From Microthyrium microscopicum (taxonomy: Eukaryota), in NCBI GenBank assembly GCA_010405405.1, contig MU004242.1, positions 407,751 through 471,750 on the forward strand: DNA of 64,000 nt. Reading direction: 5' to 3'. This document shows positions 39,039 through 52,094 of this stretch, piece by piece. The notes below the pieces were generated by a model that saw only the letters and a list, made by a program, of their open reading frames with translations, did no database searches and was not told the DNA's origin. How positions within the stretch are numbered: position 1 is the first letter of the stretch; each line of letters starts with the position of its first letter. The translations under genes were made by a program, and so were the position numbers.

Positions 39039-39916
39039 TAATCGAGGGGGTGGAGATGTATTTTAGACTCTTAATGCTTCATAGCTCGCACTGTACGTAA
39101 TCGAGTGAATTTTGGAATGAAGGCTGGCGCTTGGAAGAGTTTTGAATATTGAAGGGAGTCGATTCTGTCACAGTAGTTAGACCAATGATACGAATACTCT
39201 GATCCAGCCATGTTGGGTAAACTTGATATATATGTTTATGAGAGCACTGTACGGCGCGCGGAATTGGTCTGGGACTTTATGGGAAGCTTCAAGTGACGAA
39301 AAAGCTCTTCATAGTCGACAGCTAATTACTGCATCATCGTCAATTTTTTATTTTAAGTCACAAGTCACAGCTAGAATACTACCTACGTATACAGCGTGTC
39401 ACGAAGCATGTCATTAGTGAGGAGTGGATGTGCATTGAGATCTCATACTATCATGGCAGGTTTGCACATACAAGCTAATACCACAGTCATATTTCCAGTT
39501 CTCTAGCAAGGACTCCAAGGAAGGTTGATCAGAGTAAAAGAAAAGTCAGCTATCAAATTGAAGAGAACACCTTAACTGCCTAAGTACCTATATGCATAAT
39601 CGGGCCCTGTAACCATCCCATACCCAGTGGTGTTCAACTCCTAATCTTCCGATGCTTGGGCCGATGATGTCGAATTGAGCCGCTTTGCTCACAGTTGCTT
39701 GCAAAATCCTACTAAAACACAGTACACACGAGCAAAAATGGTTAGGATAACATGATGGTGCAAGTAACCAGACATAACGCCATACATAAAGGGGCCTTTC
39801 GTGTATGCTTATAGCCCCTGCGAATCACCATAGCCTGCACAAGAAGCATTGATGAACATTCCGAGCGGCAAGAATGTCGCCATCCTGAGTATTGATGTGA
39901 TCATCGAAGCAGTTGA

Positions 39917-41619
39917 TCACGACTTCTTTGAAGATTTCAGATGAAGTTTCTATTTGAAATGTCGATGGGTTAAGCACCCAGATCGTTGGACCAAAAGGCA
40001 TGTCTACTCTTTCTAAGATTGTCCGCCGTGTCGTTCAAGAGAATGATTCGGCGTTTGTTGCAGTAGGCTGTTTTGTCCATCATTTCGACTTTCATCTTTT
40101 CAAGTTGATCCGTAGGCTTCTCGAATAATTCACTCAGGTTCTCAACCGCCATCTCGAGATCTTTTTGATTGTCCTCGAAGATTTCCGTAAGGTTGTTGCG
40201 CTCGAGATAGAAGGCAAAAGCATAGGTCCACTTGAGTGTTTGTCGGCATCGTTGCAAGGCCTTACTGGCACTATCCAGGAATTGAACTTCAATCCAGCTC
40301 AACTGGGCATGATTCTGTAATTGCGTCATCTTTTTCTCGGTCTTGACATAGATATCCTTGTCCAATTTAGCACTTTGCTCGTGGTTTGCGTAGCGGTTGT
40401 AGTAATGTAGATATCGTTCCAAAGATTGGCGGGATTTTGCTTGCGCATCCCGTGCCTCCGTTCCGCTCTTCTCTTCAAATCTGTTGCAGTTGTACCAGCT
40501 AGTGCCGTGTTCAGACCAGACGCCCATACACATCCAGCAAAACTCGTGTTTACACTTTCGACACGTCATGTGGTTACAACCTCCGTTCTTTTCGATTGTA
40601 GAGGCGCATTTGGGGCATTCTTTAGTGTTGGCCGATATCCAATTCGCAGTTTCCGAGTCGTCTTCACACTTCTTGACCCATTTTTTCACCAAGTCACAAG
40701 GGGCCGGGAGATGATCGTTGTAGGCGCATCCAAAGCAAAAATCATGTCCACAGTCGCAATGAACTGTTGGCACAACTTTTTTCAACTCCTTGGCTTTGAC
40801 TTTGCATTGTATGGCAAATTCGCAGTTTGGGGCGGGGCACCATTTGAGGTTTTCGAGATCATCGACGTACGTTCGGACAAGCAGTTCGTGGTATCTAATC
40901 TATTAGCAAGGCAGTGGGACGACATCATGATTGTCAACGTACCGATCAGTTAAATTGTCAGGAACCAAGAGTTCCATAGACTTGTTGTCCACGATACGAT
41001 TGCATTGATCAGCTGGGCACTTGATTCGCGCAGCCTCAGCCTCGTCCGTAACCTTGGCATTAACATAGGTCTTGTAACAGTCAATGCAAAATCGGTGACC
41101 ACATTTGATGGCAAAAGTCGTCATTGGTGAAGTATCGTCACAGCAGATGTCACACGTGAACCCTGTGAGGGTTTGAACCCGGGCTTCTGTTGAGTTTGAT
41201 TCTCCTAAACCAGCTCCTTCTAAAACTGCGGCCTGATTGTCCATGTATTGTTCGATCAGCTTTTCGCGATTCCATCGAGAATAGCGCAGCAGGATTGCCG
41301 TTGCCTCTGGCGATTGACCAAGCACATCTTTGACTTCATTGATGAGGCGTAACTGGGCTTCGTCAATATCTTTTGGGGTCCAGACTTTGAACTCGACTTC
41401 GTAAGATTGTTTCTGTGTGGCGGTAATCTTATCGTGGGCGTCAAAGCCTTCCTCTTCTCCTATTTCCAGGTCGTCAAAGTCTAGGGCCAGTTAGTCAAGG
41501 GAACAAAGAAAAGGAACAATGAGAGGCAACGCACCATCATCGCTGTATCCGCTCTCGACATCATCCATCATCTCATCATCGGTAGATCGGGCGCTGTTGA
41601 AGTCATCTTCGGACTCCAT
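39917..41619 (-). CDS. Ariadne-type RBR E3 ubiquitin ligase (ARIH1/Hel1-like); 3' end uncertain
   Basis: Introns 41534-41481 and 40942-40895. RING1 CDICC..CGHRFCIDC, IBR WCPAPNC..CDCGHDFCFGC..HLPAPC, RING2 CPKC..IEKNGGCNHMTCRKCKHEFCWMC, Ariadne domain RYLHYYNRY..LKWTYAFAFY. A final intron with weak GTAGAC donor is assumed; otherwise the stop is at 39970. Confidence 0.92.
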
Positions 41620-44600
41620 GGGTGTAGCGGTGGTGGGGGTGAGTATAGTGGCGGGATTCTTGGAGGAATTCTTGACGTCTGCAGCGTTAGATTTGGGAGA
41701 CTGGATAGAAGCCTTTTTAGAAGGCGGTTCGTCAGCAGTTTTGGTATCTTGTGCAGACTTCCGCTTTCTCGTTAGCGGAGGCGTCGTGAAGGTTAAGGTG
41801 CCAGGTCTCGTCAGGCGGGGACGAGACCGGGCAGCGCCGAGAGAGTAGGGGGAGGGATTGGCGGGCTGTGAGACTGAGTCACAAGCAGCAATAGGCACAG
41901 AGGTGGCTAATCAGGCAAATGCGGTATGTGAGTAGTTTGTGGAGGAGAAGAGGGAGTTGGATAGGCGAGGTATGTAGAAGATTAGCGTCAAAGTGCCTGG
42001 TAGAGTTGACCGGAAGGTGCTGGTGATGCTTCAGTAATCCAGAACGGTGCAGGTGTTCCAAAGAGAAAGAGCCAACCACATTCAGCCAGTGGTGCCTGCC
42101 AATCTGAGACCTGTGGCACAGTATGAGGCGCAGCTGGCTGATCACGTGCGAAGTTCTGCTGCGCCATCGTGACTACCTAATTGGGGCTAGTACCTCAAAG
42201 CGATTAATCGCACACCACACTGCCATAAGGCTGAAAATCGAAATCGAAACAATCGCGTCTCTACCTACAGTGGATTTAGGTAAAGCACGAGTTTTGAGTG
42301 GGGTCTACTAGACTCCATACGGTCTAATGTATCGCCTGCATAATGAGACCTGACTGAAGGTTGCGGATTCTCATTTCGTACCGAACGCAATCTCTTTTGC
42401 GCAAGATCCTCAATCATTATTTAGCCGGGCAGTCTCTTTGAATCTAGGAGAGATAATAATGAGGTGTGCGGTAGTTTTCTTGAACTAACTTGATAGGTTT
42501 CAGCGCCTCTGGTTGTTCAAAGGACAAATCAACAGGCATGCTACCGACCAGTGCGATGTTCACCATCACGCCCTTCAATTAAAGATGCGTTGGTTTTCAC
42601 CATATCCGTTGAGATTTACTCCTATGAAGATAGGGTCGGTGTCCAAACAAAAAGAAGCCATGAGCCTAGTGTAGTCGTGAGCGAATTTGAGCCATCTGTC
42701 ATAAGGCTGGAGCTCTTGCTCAGTGATTTAATTGGTTGAATCCTTGACTCGCAGCCTCATCTTGTCAGGAGACTTTAAAGACTGCTCCAGAGGCATCGGA
42801 GACTCAGAGGCATCTCGACGCTCAAAGCTCTACGTCTGCTTCTATTTGCCGGGGTAACGCTGACCCGGTTTCCCTTCTCTCACTGCTGAAGGGCGTTGGC
42901 AACCTTGGCACTCGAACTTTGAAATAGTCATAGTCAGCGAATACTTCCTCTTCTACAAGCTCTCATCCTCCCTGTTGACGTCGAATCCAATGGGATATAA
43001 CGCATACTCAAGTAGTGATGGCAGCTATCGTCTTTCGATGAGAGGATGCCAATTTTATTCCTATCCTTTTGACGAGTAACCTCGTCATCAATAAGTTTTC
43101 CATCGCTGCCGAAAGCGCCCTGAGACTAATTTGTTTTGCAAACATTGCAATGCAGGATCTCTCACAGTACCGTCTCACTGAGTACACCATTGGAGGCGTG
43201 ACTGCGACTTGGATCCAAGCAAAGTTCTCAGTCCTTGAATCTGGGGCCATGATGATCAAGACTTTGCAGGAGATGCTTGTAAATCTTAGCTGCAATCATG
43301 AGAAAGGGCATTTATAAAACCTAGAGCGTGGTGCAGACACTCCAGCCATTCGCTGTGAATATACCAGCTGCGACAAATTCTTTGTCGCTACGGCGGAATT
43401 CGGCGAGCACGAAGATCTCAAAGGCCTTTACTGACCTATTCATCAGTATATCTGCAACTATAACTGTAGTCATTTATTTCGGGAAGTTAAGTGACATGAC
43501 CAACATTTACACATCTGTCCAGAGAACCTATTGGTTGCAAAAGGGTAGCCCTCTATGCCATCGATGGGAAATTGATGCTCAGTGACGGGTCAAGGCAGAC
43601 GAGGGCCATCGAAGTTGAGAGGGCCATACTACTTTACTTCGCCCATGCGGTTTTTGTAGGTTGTGATTGGAAAGATTTTGCAGTCTCCGACATGACAAGA
43701 AATTTCTGTTCGCCTGCAAACGGTAATGATTTTTTCCATCCTTAACGAATGCGAAAGAGTCAATCCTGTGTGGATAAATCCATTCCGGACCAAGGTTGGA
43801 GCAGAGGTCACATATAAGGTCATATTATATGGCGGAGAAAAGCTAAGTAGGAAGCACCGAAAATAGCAAGGCATGTGTTATGAACGCTCTGAAGAAACCA
43901 GTCGAGTTCCACCAACAGCCCTCTACCAGGTCGAAGGAAATCAACTCGTGTCTTGACTGTACAGGTCAGATCGCAAACATCACCGGTTTTTCATCCACTA
44001 CTAAAGCGGCTTTAATTGCCATTGGAGCAATTATACTTGTGTTTCCCAGTTACTGGTATTAGGTACGCGAGGATACCAAACTAAAAATTGAAATGTATCT
44101 AGCTTAGAGCAATGCTGTTTTGTTTCTCCGTAGTCCGTGGTCACTTTGAGCAAATTCTTGACAGACACTCGTACTCAATCAAAGACTAGCTTCGTAGACA
44201 TCCCTGACTTCAACTTCATTCTTGCTCGTTAGTATTGCTTCTTTCATACCGTCTGTAATTAGGAAATAACAACATTCAATGGCATAATTCTGGTTCTATC
44301 TTTTCATACTTTCGCCAAGTATATATAGCAAATGAAATAGTTATGGTGCCCGAAAAAGATATCTCCTACCCGGATCAAGTGCAGTACAAGAGAAGAGGCA
44401 TAAATCAAGGAGACTTGAACTTCGTTACAGGCCGCGTAACGTTCCAGCAAGTCCTTACGTAGCATAAATCATGAGATGTAGTCAAATTCGAGGGTTCAAA
44501 TGCCCTACATCAGCGCACAAGCATTTGAAGCCTCTCGGATATGAAATATATGCGTAACTGAATTTAACCACGCCATTTAGATTAATTGATCCTCGGCCAA

Positions 44601-46395
44601 GTCGACTTAAAATTGATTTGGCACTGCTAAGCTTCACTGCCGTTCGATCCGTAGTCGTCACGGAACTCCCCCAGATTATTTTCAGCAGATCATTTCAATA
44701 TATATCGAAGCAAAGTGGACTTTAACTGAACTTGGCTTTCTCTTGGCTGTTTTAAGGTTTATTTCCGGGCATCCGAGGTGCATGGGATCATTTTATTTTG
44801 ACGTCGTTGGTCTTTTTCCTGCTGTGGAATCATCTGAATTGGAGGTGTTTTAGGACAGTAAAGTCGCAAATTGAAGACAAATCTTGTCGGACAAGCCAAT
44901 GTTCTTACTTGGAAATATAGTAAATGTCAACTTTTGGTTGAAAAGCCACGTTAGCATGCTCGAATGTAGGAAAGATCGTACCGCACGGATGCTTGAAGAC
45001 AAGCATAACGTAAGAATTGCTTGCGAATACACATGGAGGAATGACGTTTCTGTAGACCTAATGTCAAACTCACGGTTTCAAAGAAACAACCTCATTGGCA
45101 CAGCTAGTAGTGTATATTCCTAACTAACAGAATTGACCCTTCGTGAACACAGTCTTGGGAAGTGTCTACCGAACCATTGTTCTAAATCCGTAGATAGGTT
45201 TGCTCTTACCAGGTACGAGGCAAAAATCAAAGCTCCAAAAACGTGAAGAGTCTACATAAGTGTGCTAAGCGAAGTATGTTGTCTTCTGGCCGCTACCACT
45301 CTGGCACTCCCAGTGACTGATTGCTATGATGTCCATTGAAAGTCTATACACTAAATGAAATTATCCAATGCGACAAGATTGCTAGAATTTCTCTGCTCGG
45401 CAAGGACAATAGCGGATATTTTCCTCGATGGGAACTTTCCATATTATTTGCCACCTATTACACGCTGCTCCGCCAGAAATTTGCAGCGGCTGATACTTCA
45501 TACTATATTATTGTTAAGAGACCGGGAAAATCAAACAGTCGTTTTCATATCTTGCGATTGACAAGTTGTCCCAAAATAGCCAATCCATAAGGGCCAATGA
45601 TTAATGCTGCTCGCTCCCAGTCATAATGATATATTCGGATCAATGTGAATGTCATGTCAGTGCCCCGAACCAGTGACGGGTACGAAATATAGAGCAGTTG
45701 GGATATTTCCTCAAATCACAAAGAACATTGCAGTATTCTAGTGAAACGATTTCTCCAGTCCAATACTTCTTTCAGGGGTTGTTCCCTTCACAGGGCTATC
45801 AATAGTTACGAAGTCTCCGGCCATTGCCCCGGTAAACGGAGTTCTGGTACCTTTCCTCTGGTAATTTTAGTGAAGATCACGGACAATAACCGACTATCGA
45901 TATTGAAGTATATTGGACTATGAAAACGTGGTGTTCGTGGTCCTCGCGATCGTTACTTTTTCGGTATCAGCTCAAATTGTACGCAGCATTGTACACAAGT
46001 AAATCGTAAAGATTGCGAATTTGAAGAGATGTTATGCTAGTCTATAACGCAGTGATTTTGGGAGAAAGAGCAGAAGATCAACAGTATGAAAGCCAGGTGT
46101 TTATCGAATTTCGTCTCACGCATATTGAGATTGTAGTTTGATAGTGAGCCGGGGGGACCATTACCCTCCCCCGTCTAGCCTGTCCTAATAAAAATTAGAC
46201 AACGGAGAAACTATATTGATCTTGAAAGCTTCATTCTGCTATTCTGTGGATCCAGACTCCTGTTCTGTAGACTCAATTCTGTATAAGAAGAACCATCTCC
46301 TCGACGTAAGTTCTCGTTCTTCATCCAGCTCAATTCAATCTTCTCTACAGTCACTACTACAGTTTCAATAACTTCCATTCTTTTCAAAATTCAAA

Positions 46396-47154
46396 ATGTT
46401 GTTCACCCAGACCATCCTCGCTGTTCTCAGCTTCGGCGCTCTCGCCATGGCCGCTCCTCAACGCGGTGAAATCCGCCAGGGACACCAGGTTAGTTCTTCT
46501 CCATTCCGTTAGTCTGGTGGGCTTTGATGATCGCAAATCACCACTCAGTGGTGCTTTGACAGAATCTGGCCGCTATAACGTACGACTTTACGAACTTATA
46601 CTAACATGCAACAGGACATCCGATCGTAATTATAGTTTCATTCCGAACATGAACTGAACACTAACAAAGCTTAGCGGACGTCAAGAAGTGCGCCAGGGAC
46701 ACCAGGGTAATTCCTTTCCAATCCAATCGATTACTTAGACACTAACATTTGCCAGATATCCGTCAGGGACACCAGTAAATTTCTCCTCTCTTCCTCATAA
46801 TACAAGACTCTAACACCTTCAAGGGATATCAACAACGGTCAATACCGACAAGGACACCAAGATTTGCGCCAGGGACACCAGGACGTCCGCAGCGGACGTC
46901 AAGGTAATTCAACCCCTTCCCTTAGTGGTTGGGTGATATGTTGAATCAGCTGGGAAGGTGCCCAGTCTTCTGGGTGATCTTACCAGTAGAACATTTTTCA
47001 CTCATCACCACTCTACTTTATCAGAACATCGCACTAACAAACGGCTCAGAAATCCGACAGGGACACCAGGAGGTCCGACAGTGAGCAAAACGATCACCTT
47101 TCCATTGAACATACACTAACGAAAATCAGGGGCCGCAACAACCGCGGATACTAG
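46396..47154 (+). CDS. Small secreted heptad-repeat protein, 96 aa, 7 exons (absent from the ORF track)
   Basis: Exons 46396-46488, 46615-46625, 46675-46706, 46756-46774, 46824-46903, 47050-47080, 47130-47154; all six introns GT...CTAAC...AG; total 291 nt in frame. Product: MLFTQTILAVLSFGALAMAAPQRG-EIRQGHQ-DIRSGRQ-EVRQGHQ-DIRQGHQ-DINNGQ-YRQGHQ-DLRQGHQ-DVRSGRQ-EIRQGHQ-EVRQGRN-NRGY*. Start context CAAAATG. Confidence 0.88.
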
Positions 47155-49314
47155 AGACTTCTCTAGATATGCCCAATATCTTGCTCCGGAGAGGGAGGAG
47201 AGCTTCACTTCATAAAACACCGTGTTACGGCTTTGTCATATAACTTTTGAAATATAAAACTTTGGTCTAAAACTATTTTTTCTTTTGCAGTGTTTGTGAT
47301 TGGATGATACATTTGCAACAGCGACGAAGCCTTTTCTGAGGATATAGTCCTTAGTATTACATTGCATGTCTTTCTTCGTGTACTCATCTAAAGAAACCAA
47401 CGAGGCGAGCGATTTGCAAAGATTGGAGACCCAAAAGCAAGTAAGAGGAGTCAACCAGGTGACAATATAGATAGCGCGCTCTGCATCAACTTTGATGTTT
47501 CCACTCGCACTTCTTAAGCAAAAAATACTTTGGTTCCCGCCACAATCGATGTGTAATCAAATGTTGTATGCATCGAGTGGGAAATGGATTATCTATTATT
47601 GAAACGTAGCAGATGGTAGAAGTCATATATGATACCTGACGGGAGCGTGCCACATACTCTGCGATGGAAGCTTTTTGCTTTGATAATTCAAGGGGTTAGA
47701 ACGCAATAAATATCTGATGGCCTTCACACAGTGCGGAGGAGGTAGGGTGCTAGGCCAAAACGAGCAGTTCACTAGCCGCTTTTAGAGTTAGCCTGATCTC
47801 TGAGCCAATCAAATCTCCTCGCAAAAGCTCCAGCCTAATGGCAAACAACCATGACAAAATAAATGGCGCGCTCCCATCAACTGCGGTGCCTCCCACCGCA
47901 CTCTACAACGAAAATGCTTTTAGAATGCTTTGAAAATCAGTCAGGATCATTCGATAAAAAATCGGTTCCATGTATTTAGGGGGAAATAAGTACTTGATTC
48001 CAACCAGTAAAGCGTAGCAGATGGTAGCCACCTCACTTACGGGGAGCGCGCCGTATGTTTCTCGATTGGTACGCGGAGTAATTGCGCTTCCAAATTTCCT
48101 TATGCCTATATCCCGTCTATTCTCCATTCTGAAGTCTGCGGCTACTGTCCATTAGCTGATCTATCAAATTTCATCCCCAAAGTAACCAAAATTACACAAA
48201 TAAAGGCGAGTGCGCAAGGTGACTGCAACTCAAAACCATCTTTAAAAGTAGATAAATAGCGAGACCTTAGGGAATGGGCATTTTTTCCGAAGACAATCGT
48301 TTATCATATGCGTAAATTGTTTCTAAATGTGATGGGACAACTTTTATAAGAAAGCAATGATCCCTATTCTCTATTGTAGCAACAGGTTCTCCCAACCTGC
48401 AGGTTCGATAAACAGGTTCGATAAACATTGATCTTTTCAATAACTCTGTGAGATAGAATAATACTCAAAACCAGAACGTTCGGGGCAGTGGATAGAAGCG
48501 CACAATTGAACAATTCCAACATTTGTGGTCAGTCGAACGTCCCAGAAGTTGATGCTGGATGAAACGCGTGGAAACTTTGAACTTCAGATTTCCAGACATT
48601 AGATTTTTATGCCATAGAACCACGATGCCCAGAAGATTCTGGAATCCGATCCAGAGAGACACTGAGCATGTTTTCATGCACGTTTTCTCGACCGCTTCTC
48701 TTTCCGCATATTTGGTCTAGCCTTTACCACTTACCAGGTGTTCGACACAACCGTCCGATCCAGCAAGATGATCGCATGGTGCTGGCGCATATGCGTTGAA
48801 ACACGCGAGATTTTTTGGTAATGGAAACCACTCCAGTGGTCAAAATGTCATGGTTTCGCCATGCACACTCCACGTTCCGAGCCGCCTCCCCATCTTTTTC
48901 TTTACTTTCCTATGAGGGGAAATTGGTGGGATTTGGACCCTTGCTGGTGGTTTGGGTTCAAGGTGAGCGGAATTGAGGGAGTTTTTGACTAAAGTGTGCA
49001 ACATCTGCATGCCAACCCACAACCCCTGTGCATATCGCGTGCCAGTCGACCCAGTCGTTGGGAGACGATCCAATGATAAAAACTCTTTTCATCAGTCGAA
49101 TGTAGCGATGTCAACAAAAGTTCTTGGCTGTGGTCTAGAAAACGCCATGGACGCAGTATGCTTAAGCGGACTTTGCGTCTACTGGCCTGACTTTGAGCAG
49201 CATGGAGAAGGTTTTGAATCTGACTGGAAATGGGATGAGGGACTCTCGTTTGCTATTTGTATATAGACTGGAGACATGAGAACATCTCTGCTCTTTTTCT
49301 TTTCAACCATCAAA

Positions 49315-51442
49315 ATGAAGTTTCAAATTTCCGTCCTCTTGGCGCAAGCCTTCATTGTGCCCTCACTGGGCATGACTTCTGCTGGTCGCCGCGGTCATGG
49401 CCTCGTTGGATACGGAATATCAATGTACAGACCAGTCTGTGCCTTTGCTTGTCGCGATATTCTTAGTTCCGCAACACTCAATTGTACCATGGCAGCAGAG
49501 AGTATGCCGGGAATGAGTATGGATATGGGCGAGGCGACAACGGACCCATCGTGCTATGCCACTGATGATTCATTCCTACAAACTCTGGCATATTGCATAT
49601 CCACTCGGTGCCAAAAGGAAAGTGTACCCATCTGGAAGATCGAGAAATGGTGGCAGTTGAATGTCGCTGGAATAGCAGCTCAGCAACCAGATCCGAAGGA
49701 ATCATATCAACAAGCTCTTGAAAAGGTTTCCACACCACCGACTGAAGTCCATATGCAAGGCGATCCGCTTAACAAGACTAGCTTGACAGACGATACGGAC
49801 TACCTAACCTCCTGGAATGCAGACTGGGCCTTTCCTATTCTTGACAAAAGATCAGAGACTTTCGGGTAAGTTTGTTGATAGGCATTGTGTGTGCTGTACT
49901 GACAGTTATAGACTGGTTATCATGCTCTCAGGAGTTGCCTTTCCGATCGGATTCTCCCTTCTTCGTTTCCTGCCTTTCCCTGCGCTATGGTGGTCCAAGT
50001 TAAACTCCTGGGTCATTGATCCTCCTCTCATCGGCAACAAGCACAGCACTCCAGTACTCTGGAATCTGTTCTTGATGCCTACTCGAGGTCAGGCACTTCT
50101 CATCGGCTATTTCACACTCATCAACATCGTCTTCGCCAGCGCTGGTATCTTTGCAATCCAGCCCAACTCATGGAATCCAGGTGACAATTATGGATGGCTA
50201 CTTACCATCATTTCTGATCGCATGGGGGTTCTGAGCTTCGCCAACCTTCCTCTAGTCTTCCTATATGCTGGAAGAAACAACTTCCTGCTGTGGATAACCA
50301 ACTGGTCTCACTCGACCTTTATGCTTCTTCATAGATACCTTGCAGTTCTCGCCATGCTCCAAGCCGTCCTCCACTCGATTCTCTGGCTTCGACTCGACTC
50401 ACACAGCGGTGGTCTCCTGGCTGAGCAACGAGAGCCGTACTGGTATTGGGGCGCAATAGGCACACTCGGCCTTGCAATTCTCATTCCCACCTCCATCCTA
50501 CCTCTTCGCCGCAAATTCTACGAGCTCTTCTTAGCATGGCACGTAGCCATCTCCATTCTCGTCGTCGCTGGTTCCTACTGGCACATCGTCTTCCGCTTCG
50601 AGCATCAATGGGGCTATGAAGTCTGGATGTTCATAGTCATGGCAATCTGGGCCTTTGACCGGATCCTACGCTTCCTCCGTCTAGCACGCAACGGCATCAA
50701 GTATGCCCACATTACCATCATTGACGACGACTATGTACGCGTGACTGTCGATGGTGTAGCTGGCAATGGACACGCATACTTGTACTTCCCCACGTTGACA
50801 TGGCGCGTATGGGAAAACCATCCATTCTCCGTGGCCTCAACCACGCTACCCGTCGCATCACATGCACGCGTGAAAAGCGTAGAGCAGGACATTGAAAAAC
50901 ACCCAGATGTCAACACTACGCGCCTTTCCGACTCGATCGAATCGTCTTCAACACATAGCGCACATGGCTCACACAAGACAGCGCTCACCTTCCTACTGCG
51001 CACCCAATCTGGGCTGACGCGCCATCTGCGCGCCAAAGGCGGCTCCATCCCTGTTCTCGTCGAAAGCGGCTATGGCTCCCATCCAGATCTCAGCGAATAT
51101 GCCACACTCATCGCAATTGCAGGAGGCGTTGGCATCACCGCAATCTTGCCTCTCGTACGTGCTCACACAGGCCGGACAAAGCTATACTGGGGCGCGCGCA
51201 CACAAGCACTTATTGATGACTTTGCTGGCCCATTGGCACATGTGTCGAAGGAGACATTTGTAGGCAAGCGGATGGTGATTGCGGATGTTTTGGAGCAGGA
51301 ATTACGCGGTGAGACGGAGCGCGTTGTGGTTGTTGTTTCTGGACCTCATGGTATGGCAGATGAAGTGCGAGATGTGGTGTGTAAATTGGGAAGGACAGAA
51401 CGGGTTGCTGTACAGTTGCTTGAAGAGTCTTTCAGCTGGTAA
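49315..51442 (+). CDS. Ferric/cupric-chelate reductase (FRE family), 2 exons
   Basis: Intron 49866-49911. Signal peptide, Cys-rich extracellular domain with ESMPGMSMDMG, heme-ligand His in LLHRY/VLHS/AWHV/YWHI, FAD motif ENHPFS, NADPH motif IAGGVGIT, terminal EESFSW. Confidence 0.93.
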
Positions 51443-51808
51443 GAGTAATGGCTTTGCAATCAAGGAAATGTTTGAAGATGGAAGGATGAACAGACAATTC
51501 AGCGTGAATACTAAAGTAATAAGCAATAATAAGCCAGGATCGCCACTAAACGCCTCTTCATTCTTGTTAATGGTCGAATGCTTCAACAGCCTTTGACATC
51601 TTCACCAGTGCTTTCCTCTTATTAAAGAAGATTTAGATGTCACAATATCGCAAATGTCACAAGTCATCAGAAAAGATTTGTCAAGTTGTGACGAGAGAAT
51701 ATTTGTATTGTTTGATTGATTAGGTTTTTATTGTCGTTGTATCGTGTGAAGTTGAAAGACCATGTCAATCTGATTCCTCCTCAAGTGGTGATAATTGTCG
51801 ACCCCAAT

Positions 51809-51892
51809 CTATTTTCCGCAGTTATCGCAAGAGCATGATCCAGAAGCGCAGTTGCAGCTTCCCTTGTTTCCTGAGCATCCGCAGTCTGCCAT
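51809..51892 (-). CDS. Copper metallothionein, 27 aa (Neurospora CMT-type)
   Basis: Reverse strand reads MADCGCSGNKGSCNCASGSCSCDNCGK* (7 Cys: CxC, CxC, CxCxxC). Start context CACAATGG; TATA-like CTATATAAG at 52026-52018. Below the ORF-track length cutoff. Confidence 0.93.
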   Translation of the reverse strand: MADCGCSGNKGSCNCASGSCSCDNCGK

Positions 51893-52094
51893 TGTGATTT
51901 GGTTGGTTGGTAAAGAAGTTTTGGTTTTGTGGTAAAGAGAAATGTTGGTAAAGTAGATTTGAGTTTGATGTGTTTGTTGGGTTGATGAGGAAAGAATTAA
52001 GAGGGACTCAAGCTACTCTTATATAGACATTTATGTCCCTTATAGCTTCACTGATAAACGCTACTATGGATAGTATGGAAGATTCTAGGCAAGC

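Noticed and set aside
42300..46300. Possible decayed gene(s) between Ariadne and the repeat-protein gene
   Set aside because: Only short unconnected ORFs with no recognisable motif; cannot be supported without a search.
46396..47154. Repeated CAGGGACACCAG units with spacers as a CRISPR-like array
   Set aside because: The units are coding repeats and the spacers are spliceosomal introns; the context is eukaryotic with no cas genes.
46396..47154. Classical dikaritin/KEP RiPP cluster
   Set aside because: No KR/RR Kex2 sites between repeats and no DUF3328 (HxxHC) oxidase recognised in the window. The tyrosinase is 7 kb away beyond a housekeeping gene.
48400..48425. CAGGTTCGATAAA x2 upstream of FRE as SreA/GATA iron-repression sites
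   Set aside because: Only a GATAA core, not the extended ATCWGATAA motif; a short tandem duplication is sufficient explanation.
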